Source: a virus
Lineage: Duplodnaviria; Caudoviricetes
IMG/VR virus record: IMGVR_UViG_3300010354_000087
Coordinates: 1-63,668 of that record
DNA: 63,668 nt
Direction: 5' to 3' (one strand)
Position 1 is the stretch's first letter. Each line of letters begins with the position of its first letter. Position numbers and translations under genes: made by a program. The notes under the pieces are model-generated. The model worked only from the letters and a program-made list of their open reading frames with translations, searched no databases and was not told the origin of the DNA. Positions 1 through 10,406 of this stretch are shown here, piece by piece.

Positions 1-2
1 GT

Positions 3-3000
3 AGGATAAAATTTGTATGGAAAGGTGAGTGGGCTACTGCTACCGTTTATATTAAAGATGATGTTATTAAATATGGGGGTAAAACCTATATGTGTGTGTT
101 AGGGCACACAGCATCAAGTGATTTTAATACAGATTTAAATCTAATACCTACAAGATGGAATCTCATGGCAGATGGCCAAAGATGGAGGGGTGATTGGGCC
201 TCTAGCACTATCTACGAAAAAGGTGACCTAGTAAAATACGGCGGTAACGTTTATCTTGCCATAACTTATCATACATCTGCATCCGTTATATCATCTGGAC
301 TAGAAGCAGATGCAAATAAATGGGAATTATTTGCAGAAGGTTTTGATTGGAAGAATGATTGGACTGTAGCAACTCGTTATAAAGTTAATGATATTGTTAA
401 GTATGGTGGAATTAATTATATTTGTATCACCCAACACACTTCGGCATTAAGCGAGAGCCAAGGTTTAGAAAATGACCAAAGTAAATGGCAAGTATTTAAT
501 ACTGGGATAGAATTCAAAGGAAATTGGTCAAATTCAATTCGTTATAAATTGAATGATGTTGTAAAATTTGGTGCAGGAACTTGGATTTGTATAACTTATC
601 ACACATCGACAACAACTTTTTCAGCTGATTCAGCCTATTGGAACCAATTTATAGAAGGTTTAGAGTATGAATCTAACTGGAGTGGAGCTACGGCATATCA
701 ACCAGGCGATATTGTTAAGTATGGTGGAAATCAATATGTTTCAAAAACACAGAATACGAACAGTAACCCAGTAACAGGAACAAGTAATTGGGATTTATTT
801 AGTGAAGGTTTAGATTATAAATCTAATTGGGATATTTCTACAACATATCTTATAGGAGAAATGGTTAGAGTAAACGGATATAACTATGTAGCCAACCTAG
901 ATAGTCCGTCTTATTCTGTTACTGTAACTGCATCTAGCTCTGTAACTGATACATTTTCAACTGCTTCGACCAACAATATGACACTAGGAATGGCCATTCA
1001 GTTTTCTGGAACAACATTTGGTAATGTTTTTACTGGTGCTACTTATTATATTGCAGAAATTTCTGGTGCAACTACATTTAAGATTACAGACGTGTTAGGA
1101 GGATCGTTTTTTAATCCTACAACTGCAACAGGGACAATGACAGCTAATTTTGCCATAAAGCCACCTAATGTTACAACATGGACTTTATTAAGTAACGGTA
1201 TAAATTGGAGAGGATATTGGACTGATGATACAGAGTATGTTCTTGGTGATGCAGTAAGATATCTTAATAATTCTTATATTTGTAAGCTTGCTCATAGATC
1301 AGAAGGCGACGATGGGTCTACATTATCTGCGACAGGCGGAGGACAATCCTTAAGTAGACCAGATCAAGATATTTCAGGAACTTATTGGAACGTATTAAGC
1401 GTAGGGTCGGAGACTGCTACACTTCAAGAACTAGGCGACTTAGTTTACTACGATGGAGCTGGTCCAGCTAGACTACCTATAGGCACAGAAGGTCAAATAC
1501 TACGTGTTAGTTCTGATTTAAAACCAGAATGGGTTACATGGGGAGTAACAGATAGAGTTTATTGGGTAGGAAATCATGGTATAGACGCACCATGGCCAAC
1601 TCAAGGAGCTACATTTGACAAACCATGGAAATCAATAAGATATGCCTGTATGGAAATTGAAAAAGGTGCTAGATATCCTCAAGCCAAACGACTCCTTGAA
1701 ATGAACAGATTGTTTATTCAAAGAGAAACTACTCAATGGATCAATTATCAAATTGTCAACTCTATTGCACCATTTGCTTCTAGCTTTAAATATAGAGAAG
1801 ATCGTTGTGAAAGAGATATTGGATGGGTAATAGATGCGCTTGCTTATGACCTAGGCCACGGAGGTAATGTAAGAACTAGAGGCGCAGCATTAGCCTATGT
1901 AAATGCTCTCACTGAGGATGAACAAAGCGGAACAGGAATATACACTAAATTAAGTGCTGAAAGTGATGAAGATATTGCTGCTTACAATTACATGTTAACA
2001 CTAATTGGTAAGTGTTTAGCAAATGAAGCTCCTACAATTGCTTATCAAAATGTTTCAGAAGATTCAACAAATATTATACCTCAGTGGTTTGATGCAAATC
2101 TTACATCAGAGCCTGGTGCCTTAACTGAAATAACCAGTCTTGTAGGCATTGTAACAACTGCTTTATCTGACAAAACAGCGGCTAATATACCAGCAAGATA
2201 CGCAGCATTTAACACTATTCATGTCCTTACAGGGCAATATAGAGAAGTATTGCCTATTATAGTTCCAGAAAGCACAGTGGTTTTAGGAGACGAAGTTAGA
2301 TCTACTAATGCAGGACCAATCGGCAGTATTATTGATAAAACAGATGTAAAATTTAGTGTAAGTAGTCTTGGAAGATTAGAAAGTATTGCAGGAGATATAG
2401 TAACAGGGACAGCGGTAACTAGAAGTCAAAGTAACATGACGGATCAAATTATACAAGTTCCTGTAGCACAAGCTGCACAAAGAACTTTAACATCTGGACT
2501 TGTAAGAATGATGCAACATAGAGTTGATTTTCTTACAGCTCAAACAAATATGATCAATTATACTTTACCTACTGGCTATGGCACAACATATCTAGCAGGA
2601 TACCATCATGCTAGAACATTAGTTAAAGAAAACAAAGATTTTATTAAAGAAGAAATAGGGGCATACATAGATTTTACATTCTCCGGTGTTCAATATTCGA
2701 GAACAAAATGTAAGCGTGATGTAGGATATGTAGTTGACGCTTTAATCTATGATCTAACCTACGGAGGAAAAACACAATCATTAAATGCTGCTCTAGCCTA
2801 TTTTGATGGTCCGGGATCTAATTTAGTTACAGATAGTAGCGAAGCGCTAGCCAATATTGCTGCCTACGAAAGAATGAAAGTTATCCTTGGACAGATCGTT
2901 GCTAATACTTTAGTTACAAAAACTACAGGCAATACTGCTATACAATTTAGAGATTCGGTTAATTTTAATAACGGATCTACAGCAGTAACATTTATTAATA

Positions 3001-6000
3001 GCTGCATGGATCTTTTAATAGACATGTTAGAAGGTGGAAACACAAATTCAAGACCTTCGATTACTGTTACTACAATCACTTCTGGAAATACTTTGACATC
3101 CAACGGGAGCCACGGATTAGCAACTGGTGATGTATTATATGCAGTGGCAACGTCTTTAAACGGAATAATTGAAGGAAAGAAATACTTTGTTTTGCCTACA
3201 GGATTAAACGCTACAAGTTTTCAACTAAGCTTATCTTTAAATGGATCGACGATAACTTTAGTCAACGGAACAGGACTTTCTATTAATTTCCAAACAGAAT
3301 CACGACCACCTTTGACTAATGGAGTAACAACTACTACAGCTTTAGTCAATGCATTCAATTCATTAAGCTTTGTAGTTCCGCAAATTCAAATAGACACGAT
3401 AGATTACATTAATAGTAACTATGGTAATTTTACCTATAACAGTGCTCTTTGTAGACGTGATATTGGATTTTTAATTGATGCAGGCTACTATGACTCTGCT
3501 TTTGGATCTAACTATTGGGCTATTCAAAATGGGCTTTCATATCTAAGACTACAAGCAAATGTTGTTACAACATATCAAATAGATCAAGAGCTAGCTTCAA
3601 TAGCCTATATAAAACAACAACTAGCGTCTACGTTGACTGGTAGTTCTACTGCTGTGACTAGAAGTAATGCTTGCTATGATGAAATTATAGATATTATTAG
3701 CAACGGAACTACAGCCGCAGATTCTATCGTATGGACTGACCCTGGCGTAGACTCAAATAAATTATATGCGAGAGAACAACTTCAAACTAACAGAACATTT
3801 ATCATTAATACCTTAACTACATGGCTTATTGTTAACTATAATACTGTTTGGGCAGGCTTAGGAGCTACTGGCCAAGCTAAATGTCAACGAGACATTGGAT
3901 ATTCAATAGATGCTTTTAGTTATGATGTGCAATATGGAGGAAACCTTGCAACAAGAAATGTTATAAGATCTTTGTTTAATCAAATAACTGGCGACTCAGT
4001 TTATCCTGATTCACAACAAAAAACTGCCAGCGCTGCAATGTATACTCAGTTAGGCAGTGTTTGTGGACAAGTTGTAAGAGAATTATACTCCGGACAAGAT
4101 ACGAGTGGTAATGCTGCAACAGCTACCGAGCAAACACAGATTACTACTCTAGCAGGATATATCAACATTGCTATTGTAGCAGATGATCCATCATCCTTAC
4201 CAGGAGAAAGTCTACCTTTAATAACATGGGCAGCTTCTGATATTCAAACTGCATTGAATTTACTTCGTTTAGAAAAAGAAGGAATAACATCTGATACACT
4301 TCAGTATATTACAGATACTTTCAATGATTTCAAATACAACCAGTCTAAATGTAGTAGAGATCTAGCAATAATCTTAGACGCAGTTGGTTATGATTTTTGT
4401 TTTAACACTAATCATCAGACAATTAAAGCTGCATATTCATATTTAAGATCCAGTGCAAGTGAAGTCTTTAGTCTCAATCAGAAAACAGTTACAAGAGAAG
4501 CCTTAACTTTTGCTAAAAATATAGCTTTAAATAATTTAAATTCTAATACTACAGCACAAACAAGATTGACTTCTTTAATGCAGACATTAGATGATATTTT
4601 ATTCTCAGCTACTTCTGAAGGTATAACATGCAGTCAAGCCGAAGCCAATACTGACTACGCTATTCATTTATTAGAATTAAACAAACAGTTCATTATAGAT
4701 GAAATAAGAGCTTATAATCAAAGTGCATTTAGCAGTGTGGTTACATTGACTACAACTTCAACACTAACCTGTGCTTCAACAAATTGGATGCAAAGAAATA
4801 CAGCAATTAGATTTACCGGAGTTTTATTTGGAGGACTAAATTTAACTACAACTTACTACGTTCAGAATATAATTAATTCTACTACATTTACTGTAGCACT
4901 TACTAAAGATGCTTCAAGTCCGTTGGGTCTCACTGGAGGATCTGGATCTATGGTAGTAGCTATGGAATACGACGAAGAATTATGTTTAAGAGATGTAGTT
5001 TCTTATGTAGATGCCTTAAAATATGACCTAAGATTTACAGGAAATTATAAGTCTTTATTAGCAGCTAGATATTATTCTAATGCTGTTATTGGAAGCTTAG
5101 AAGAAGACATGTATTATCTGCGTAATGCTACTGGTATACGTAATCAAACTTTAGAAGGTTTAACAGGTGATTTACTAGCACCTAATGCTTATGGAACAAG
5201 CAGAGTCAGTGCAGGAGCCTACTGTTCACTAGATCCAGGGTATGGACCAGACGATTATCATGTTTGGATAGTAAGTAGAAGCCCATACATTCAGAACGTT
5301 GCAACTTTTGGTTATGCTGCAATAGGTCAAAAGGTAGACGGTGCTCTGCACAATGGTGGTAATAAATCTTTAACCTCTAATGACTTTACACAAATTATAA
5401 GTGATGGTATAGGAGCTTGGATTACTAATAATGCTAGAGCTGAATTGGTATCAGTGTTTACATACTATTCACATGTAGGATATCTGTCAGAAAACGGAGG
5501 GCGAATAAGAGGAACTAATGGAAACAATTCCTATGGTGATTTTGGCAGTGTGGCAGAAGGATTTGACGAAACAGAAACTCCTATTTTCGCAGAAGTAAAC
5601 AATAAAGGATACACTGCCGAAGTAGGATCAGTATTAGGTGATGGAACAAATAAACTGTTTACAGTTGAGTATTCTAATGCAGGATCAGACTATACATTCG
5701 CTACATGGGCATTTGGCGGAACAGGATCAGGTTTAAGCGTTGAACAAGACGAATTTAGAGATAATGGTGTATATCAAGTTAGATTAACTGATTTAGTGGA
5801 TGATAGCACAGATGCACCTGAAGCTTCCGGAAATTTTGGAGGATTTGGATACTTAACCAATAGTAATGTTTCTCAGTCAGGAACAACAACATCTATTAAA
5901 ATTGCAGCAGTTGATGCAGAGGTAGCAGCAGCTTATGTAGGTATGAGAATTGTTATTACTTCAGGTGCAGGTGCAGGACAATATGCTCAAATTACATCTT

Positions 6001-8564
6001 ATAACATTGGAACTAAAGATCTTACAATTATAAAAGAAAGCGACGGAACTGCTGGATTTGATCATTGGGTTCCCGGAACTACTATTGTAGCGCCAGATGC
6101 AAGTTCTAGCTATACAATTGAGCCTAGAATAAGTTTTACAGCACCTACTTATACAAGCACAGCGATTACCTTATCAAACGCTGCTGTATACAATGACCTT
6201 GCTTGGGCAGAAACTTACAGAGTATTTTATCCTATTACAGGAACAACAAGCGGTGGTGGATCTGGAGCAAGATTCGTAGTAGTTAAAAAAGGTGGAAAAT
6301 ATAGTTCTGTTACATTAATCCCAGGTTATGTTGGCATTAACTATGCTAGATTAGACACAATTACTATTTTAGGATCTAACGTAGGCGGTGTTGATGGAAC
6401 ACATAATATTACTTTAACACTTACATCAGTAAACTCAACTAATGGCAGTATTGTAGAATTCGAAGTTGTTGGTATAGCTCAGTCAGGAAATTATGTTGCT
6501 TTACCTAATACGGGGCAAACTGTTATTACTTCTAGTGATGGAACTAGTTGGACTACAAGACCTAATGTTTTACCTTCAAGTTTAACATGGACTGCAATGG
6601 CTACAGGTGAAGTCGTTGAAACCAGCCCAGTTCAAGCAGGATCATTCGTTGTTGGTAGAGCTTATAAAATAGCTGCTTTGGCGACCACACAATGGACATT
6701 GATTGGGCATCCTGCTCCTACTAACTTACAAGTACGACTAGGGGACTATTTTATTGCTACTGGTTCAGGAACAGGAACGGGCACTGCAACAGCATTTGAA
6801 AAACTCACTGTGGCAATAGCCAACGGTAGCAATGCTACAGCCTATAGTAAAGATGGAGGAGTTAGTTGGACAGCAGGACAAAGTCTTACTGGAGCTTCAA
6901 CTGCTAATAGCGCAATAGCTTATGGTCGATTAACCACTGGGGCAACAAGATGGGTCGTAATTAAGTCAGGTGTAACGCAGACAAGTTGGAGTTCAACTGG
7001 TGGAGTAGGAGCATGGCAAACAGGTGGAGCGATGCCCGGGACAGATAATTGGAGCAGTTTAGTATACGGAGCTGGAAAATTTGTAGCAGTGGCAAATGGC
7101 TCTAGAAATACTGCCTATAGCACTGACGGCGGCACAACTTGGACTGCTGGAAATCAACTACCTAATGTAGGAACTAACCAATGGGTAAGCATAACTTATG
7201 GAAATAATAGATTTGTGGCAGTCACTGCGGATTCAGGAGCAACTGCTGCTTATAGCTTAGATGGAATTACTTGGGTTTCTGCTACTCTAAGTGAAACAGC
7301 AAGCTATACAAATGTTACCTATGGTCAAGGTGTGTTTTTAGCTGTGAATGGTACAAATACAGCTTCTAGTTCAGAAGACGGCATCAACTGGACAGACAGA
7401 GCGTTAACAAGAGCTAGTGGAACTGGATTTAAAAAAGCAGTTCATGGTAACCCTTCGGGCAATCCAAAGTGGGTCGCAATACCAAGCGCTTCAACTACTG
7501 CCAGCTCTAGTGCCAATTTAGGTGCAACAGCTAAAGCAAGATGCTTTGTTCAAGACGAAAAGATTTTTTCAATTCGTATTATAGAACCGGGGTCAAGTTA
7601 CACATCTGTGCCTACAATGACTATTACAGATCCTAATAATATCTATGAAGCCCCATTTACTGTAAGAGTAGGAAAAGGAGCCTTAGCGCAACCTAGCTTT
7701 AAAAATAGAGGTGTTGGATATAATAACGTATTTGCCAATCTCGATCAAGGTGACGGATATGCAGATAATTACCAGTCCGGTAAATTTGTTTCTGTTAGAA
7801 GACTTACTGGAACTCCTCAGTCAGGAGCGAACGTAGTATTTTCTAATCTACCTAATAGAACGTATAAGTTAGTTCAAGTATTATCTTTACAAGGAACGAA
7901 CGATGGTTCTATCAAGGCTTTCCTACAAGTAAGCCCAGATGTAACATTATTTGATTCACCAGAAGACGGCACTGGGGTGATTACTAGAATTAGATACAGT
8001 CAAGTTAGACTTACTGGCCATGACTTCTTAGATATAGGAACAGGCAATTTTGTAGAAACTAATTATCCGTTAACTCCTAGCCAGGTTCCTAGCCAAGCGA
8101 ATGAAACTGTGGATAATAATGGAGGACGAGTTTTCTATACTTCTACTGATCAAGACGGTAACTTTAGAGTAGGGGAATTGTTTACAATTGAACAGGCTAC
8201 AGGGGTAGCTACTTTAAATGCAGATGCGTTTAATATTGCAGGTCTTTCAGAACTTACACTTGGTGCAGTAACGTTAGGTGGAACTAGTGCTACAATTACT
8301 GAATTTAGCACAGACCCATTCTTTACGTCAAATAGTGACAGTGTTGTTCCTACCCAACGAGCTATACGTAGTTATATTGCTGCGCAAATCGGTGGTGGTG
8401 GAGCATCAATTAATGTAAATAGTGTAGTAGCAGGTTTTATTGAAATTGCAGGAACAACTATTTCTACAACTACTGGACAGGCAATTACAATGAAGGCGAA
8501 TTTTAACTTTACAGGCGGAGTTAAAGGATTGCCAGTAGCCTGGAATTACTTCTTAAATAATTAA
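3..8564 (+). CDS. Giant virion structural (baseplate/fibre-like) protein, 5'-truncated by the window edge. Contains CBM5/12-like repeats, six phycobiliprotein-like CxRD repeats and BNR/beta-propeller-like repeats
   Basis: Frame is open from position 3 (RIKFVWKGEW...) into the 90..8564 ORF. Seven W-x5-Y-x3-D/E-x-V-x-Y-x-G repeats, six C-x-R-D-x-G-Y-x-x-D-A repeats, and S-x-D-G-x-x-W repeats in the C-terminal part. Confidence 0.8.
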   Translation, partial: RIKFVWKGEWATATVYIKDDVIKYGGKTYMCVLGHTASSDFNTDLNLIPTRWNLMADGQRWRGDWASSTIYEKGDLVKYGGNVYLAITYHTSASVISSGLEADANKWELFAEGFDWKNDWTVATRYKVNDIVKYGGINYICITQHTSALSESQGLENDQSKWQVFNTGIEFKGNWSNSIRYKLNDVVKFGAGTWICITYHTSTTTFSADSAYWNQFIEGLEYESNWSGATAYQPGDIVKYGGNQYVSKTQNTNSNPVTGTSNWDLFSEGLDYKSNWDISTTYLIGEMVRVNGYNYVANLDSPSYSVTVTASSSVTDTFSTASTNNMTLGMAIQFSGTTFGNVFTGATYYIAEISGATTFKITDVLGGSFFNPTTATGTMTANFAIKPPNVTTWTLLSNGINWRGYWTDDTEYVLGDAVRYLNNSYICKLAHRSEGDDGSTLSATGGGQSLSRPDQDISGTYWNVLSVGSETATLQELGDLVYYDGAGPARLPIGTEGQILRVSSDLKPEWVTWGVTDRVYWVGNHGIDAPWPTQGATFDKPWKSIRYACMEIEKGARYPQAKRLLEMNRLFIQRETTQWINYQIVNSIAPFASSFKYREDRCERDIGWVIDALAYDLGHGGNVRTRGAALAYVNALTEDEQSGTGIYTKLSAESDEDIAAYNYMLTLIGKCLANEAPTIAYQNVSEDSTNIIPQWFDANLTSEPGALTEITSLVGIVTTALSDKTAANIPARYAAFNTIHVLTGQYREVLPIIVPESTVVLGDEVRSTNAGPIGSIIDKTDVKFSVSSLGRLESIAGDIVTGTAVTRSQSNMTDQIIQVPVAQAAQRTLTSGLVRMMQHRVDFLTAQTNMINYTLPTGYGTTYLAGYHHARTLVKENKDFIKEEIGAYIDFTFSGVQYSRTKCKRDVGYVVDALIYDLTYGGKTQSLNAALAYFDGPGSNLVTDSSEALANIAAYERMKVILGQIVANTLVTKTTGNTAIQFRDSVNFNNGSTAVTFINSCMDLLIDMLEGGNTNSRPSITVTTITSGNTLTSNGSHGLATGDVLYAVATSLNGIIEGKKYFVLPTGLNATSFQLSLSLNGSTITLVNGTGLSINFQTESRPPLTNGVTTTTALVNAFNSLSFVVPQIQIDTIDYINSNYGNFTYNSALCRRDIGFLIDAGYYDSAFGSNYWAIQNGLSYLRLQANVVTTYQIDQELASIAYIKQQLASTLTGSSTAVTRSNACYDEIIDIISNGTTAADSIVWTDPGVDSNKLYAREQLQTNRTFIINTLTTWLIVNYNTVWAGLGATGQAKCQRDIGYSIDAFSYDVQYGGNLATRNVIRSLFNQITGDSVYPDSQQKTASAAMYTQLGSVCGQVVRELYSGQDTSGNAATATEQTQITTLAGYINIAIVADDPSSLPGESLPLITWAASDIQTALNLLRLEKEGITSDTLQYITDTFNDFKYNQSKCSRDLAIILDAVGYDFCFNTNHQTIKAAYSYLRSSASEVFSLNQKTVTREALTFAKNIALNNLNSNTTAQTRLTSLMQTLDDILFSATSEGITCSQAEANTDYAIHLLELNKQFIIDEIRAYNQSAFSSVVTLTTTSTLTCASTNWMQRNTAIRFTGVLFGGLNLTTTYYVQNIINSTTFTVALTKDASSPLGLTGGSGSMVVAMEYDEELCLRDVVSYVDALKYDLRFTGNYKSLLAARYYSNAVIGSLEEDMYYLRNATGIRNQTLEGLTGDLLAPNAYGTSRVSAGAYCSLDPGYGPDDYHVWIVSRSPYIQNVATFGYAAIGQKVDGALHNGGNKSLTSNDFTQIISDGIGAWITNNARAELVSVFTYYSHVGYLSENGGRIRGTNGNNSYGDFGSVAEGFDETETPIFAEVNNKGYTAEVGSVLGDGTNKLFTVEYSNAGSDYTFATWAFGGTGSGLSVEQDEFRDNGVYQVRLTDLVDDSTDAPEASGNFGGFGYLTNSNVSQSGTTTSIKIAAVDAEVAAAYVGMRIVITSGAGAGQYAQITSYNIGTKDLTIIKESDGTAGFDHWVPGTTIVAPDASSSYTIEPRISFTAPTYTSTAITLSNAAVYNDLAWAETYRVFYPITGTTSGGGSGARFVVVKKGGKYSSVTLIPGYVGINYARLDTITILGSNVGGVDGTHNITLTLTSVNSTNGSIVEFEVVGIAQSGNYVALPNTGQTVITSSDGTSWTTRPNVLPSSLTWTAMATGEVVETSPVQAGSFVVGRAYKIAALATTQWTLIGHPAPTNLQVRLGDYFIATGSGTGTGTATAFEKLTVAIANGSNATAYSKDGGVSWTAGQSLTGASTANSAIAYGRLTTGATRWVVIKSGVTQTSWSSTGGVGAWQTGGAMPGTDNWSSLVYGAGKFVAVANGSRNTAYSTDGGTTWTAGNQLPNVGTNQWVSITYGNNRFVAVTADSGATAAYSLDGITWVSATLSETASYTNVTYGQGVFLAVNGTNTASSSEDGINWTDRALTRASGTGFKKAVHGNPSGNPKWVAIPSASTTASSSANLGATAKARCFVQDEKIFSIRIIEPGSSYTSVPTMTITDPNNIYEAPFTVRVGKGALAQPSFKNRGVGYNNVFANLDQGDGYADNYQSGKFVSVRRLTGTPQSGANVVFSNLPNRTYKLVQVLSLQGTNDGSIKAFLQVSPDVTLFDSPEDGTGVITRIRYSQVRLTGHDFLDIGTGNFVETNYPLTPSQVPSQANETVDNNGGRVFYTSTDQDGNFRVGELFTIEQATGVATLNADAFNIAGLSELTLGAVTLGGTSATITEFSTDPFFTSNSDSVVPTQRAIRSYIAAQIGGGGASINVNSVVAGFIEIAGTTISTTTGQAITMKANFNFTGGVKGLPVAWNYFLNN
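1680..5100 (+). repeat. Six tandem helical protein repeats carrying a C-x-R-D motif (Cys codons at 1806, 2709, 3450, 3882, 4350, 4983)
   Basis: RCERDIGWVIDA, KCKRDVGYVVDA, LCRRDIGFLIDA, KCQRDIGYSIDA, KCSRDLAIILDA, LCLRDVVSYVDA. Confidence 0.85.
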
Positions 8565-8575
8565 TGGAGATTTAA

Positions 8576-8917
8576 ATGGCAACAGGAAGATTAGGGATAC
8601 AAGATATTACAAGTGCAAATACATATTACACTCCATATCAAGTTCCAGCCAACACATTTTCTGTGGTAACAGTGAGTATTGCAAATCGCAGTTCAACAAA
8701 CGTTGCTACAGTGAGACTAGCAATTACAACAAGTATTGCTCCTAGTGCTCCAGGAGATGGAGAATTTTTAGAATACGATTCACAGATTCTTGCGAATGGT
8801 GTTCTAGAACGAACAGGATTGGTTTTAGAGTCAGGAAAATATATCAGTGTTAGAGGTGCTGGGACGGGACTTGGCTTAAGTGTAACTATTATGGGCATTG
8901 AAACAACTACCGCTTAA
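8576..8917 (+). CDS. Small beta-rich virion structural protein
   Basis: 113-aa ORF with GGAG Shine-Dalgarno (SD) upstream; structural gene context. Confidence 0.6.
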   Translation: MATGRLGIQDITSANTYYTPYQVPANTFSVVTVSIANRSSTNVATVRLAITTSIAPSAPGDGEFLEYDSQILANGVLERTGLVLESGKYISVRGAGTGLGLSVTIMGIETTTA

Positions 8918-8931
8918 TAAGGATTAGAAAA

Positions 8932-9840
8932 ATGGGAAGACAGGTAAGCACAGGTGTAGTAGGTAGTGGATCTCCGTTAGGGTCTATCTATGCATCAGGA
9001 CAAAATACAATCACTACAGCAGTTACTAACCAAGATATTGTCATTGATCCAAACGGGTCAGGAACAGTTCAATTTGTAGGTGGAGTTCAACTACGCACTA
9101 ATGGTGAACTCAGAGCTTATAATACTGCAAATACGTTTTATACATCTCTAAAATCTCTAGCAGGGCTTACTGCAAATACCACATTTCAACTTCCTAGCAC
9201 AAATGGATCAAATGGAGCATTTTTGCAGACTGATGGCGCTGGAGTAACTAGTTGGCAAGCGGTTCCTACCGCTGCCTTAACTGTTAGTGATGCAGGATCA
9301 AACAGCAATACACATTATGTGTATTTTGGAACAAGCACTCCGACAGAAGGAAGCTTGCCTACTGGTGCTCAATCTACCATGAGAGTAGACTCTGGTTTAA
9401 CTTTTATTCCTAGTGAAAATAGAATTGTATCTAATATAGGACAGCATCCAACAGTTACAGGAAGTAGTGGGGCAAGCGGCCAGATAACTATAAACGGAAC
9501 TACGAATGCTACAAAGGCAACAGCCAGCGTTCTTATGACTGATAATGTAACATCAACTAGCACTTCTACAGGAACACTGGTAGTAACAGGTGGAGTTGGT
9601 ATAAGCGGAGCATTAAACGTAGGTGGTAGTATTGTAATGAATAGCTCAACTGTAGTTACACAAAGTTCATTAGCAACTTTACAGCCAACACTAGGAACTA
9701 ATGCTATTATAAGAACAAACTCTAACACCATAAATGAAACAATTACTATCCCAGCAGGAACTAATGGTATGAGCAGTGGACCGGTAACTATAGCAAGCGG
9801 CCAAACAGTCACAGTTAACGGTGATTGGAGTGTTGTCTAA
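8932..9840 (+). CDS. Tail fibre-like protein
   Basis: S/T/G-rich; STSTSTGTLVVTGGVGISGALNVGG fibre motif; C-terminal TITIPAGTNGMSSGPVTI...W module. Confidence 0.65.
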   Translation: MGRQVSTGVVGSGSPLGSIYASGQNTITTAVTNQDIVIDPNGSGTVQFVGGVQLRTNGELRAYNTANTFYTSLKSLAGLTANTTFQLPSTNGSNGAFLQTDGAGVTSWQAVPTAALTVSDAGSNSNTHYVYFGTSTPTEGSLPTGAQSTMRVDSGLTFIPSENRIVSNIGQHPTVTGSSGASGQITINGTTNATKATASVLMTDNVTSTSTSTGTLVVTGGVGISGALNVGGSIVMNSSTVVTQSSLATLQPTLGTNAIIRTNSNTINETITIPAGTNGMSSGPVTIASGQTVTVNGDWSVV

Positions 9841-10406
9841 TGAGCACATTGGTAACTGATGAACTTGCTGGAAGACAAGATGGTGATCATCTAATCGCCT
9901 TTCCTAACAACAATATTTTATATGTTCCAGGACAGGTTATTCAGTGTGTGTGGACTAAAATGGATAATCATGCTACCTACAATAGTTACAATGATAACAA
10001 CAGCAGAGATATTGCTGGTCTAAATACTACAATTACTCTTAAACGTGCAAACAGTTTAGTTTACTTACAATGGTGGCTATTTTATGAGTGTCATCATGAC
10101 ATAACATTTCAAGCCAAAAGAAGTGGCACTGTTATAGGTTATAATACAGAAGTAGGTAATGTAAGATGGAGCGGTATAGGTTGTGCAGAATATGAGCATA
10201 GTCATGATCAAAGCAGTACTCCTTCCTACACTCATATGGCCTGGGTTGATACTCCAGGAAGTGTCGGCCCTCATGTTTATAGTCTAGGATCTAGAAGCAG
10301 CACAGGATCTAATTATGATATACGTGTTAACAGAGCCTGGGGAGCCTTTCAAGACGATCACGAAGGTGGTGTAAGTTTTTGTATGATACAGGAGATAGCT
10401 CAATGA
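9840..10406 (+). CDS. Small fibre/adhesin-like paralogue 1
   Basis: Start MSTLVTD overlaps the upstream TAA (TAATG); similar to the next two genes. Confidence 0.6.
   Translation: MSTLVTDELAGRQDGDHLIAFPNNNILYVPGQVIQCVWTKMDNHATYNSYNDNNSRDIAGLNTTITLKRANSLVYLQWWLFYECHHDITFQAKRSGTVIGYNTEVGNVRWSGIGCAEYEHSHDQSSTPSYTHMAWVDTPGSVGPHVYSLGSRSSTGSNYDIRVNRAWGAFQDDHEGGVSFCMIQEIAQ

Noticed and set aside
90-92. ATG 90 as the true start of the giant protein
   Set aside because: The frame is open from position 3 and encodes another copy of the N-terminal repeat, so the start lies outside the window
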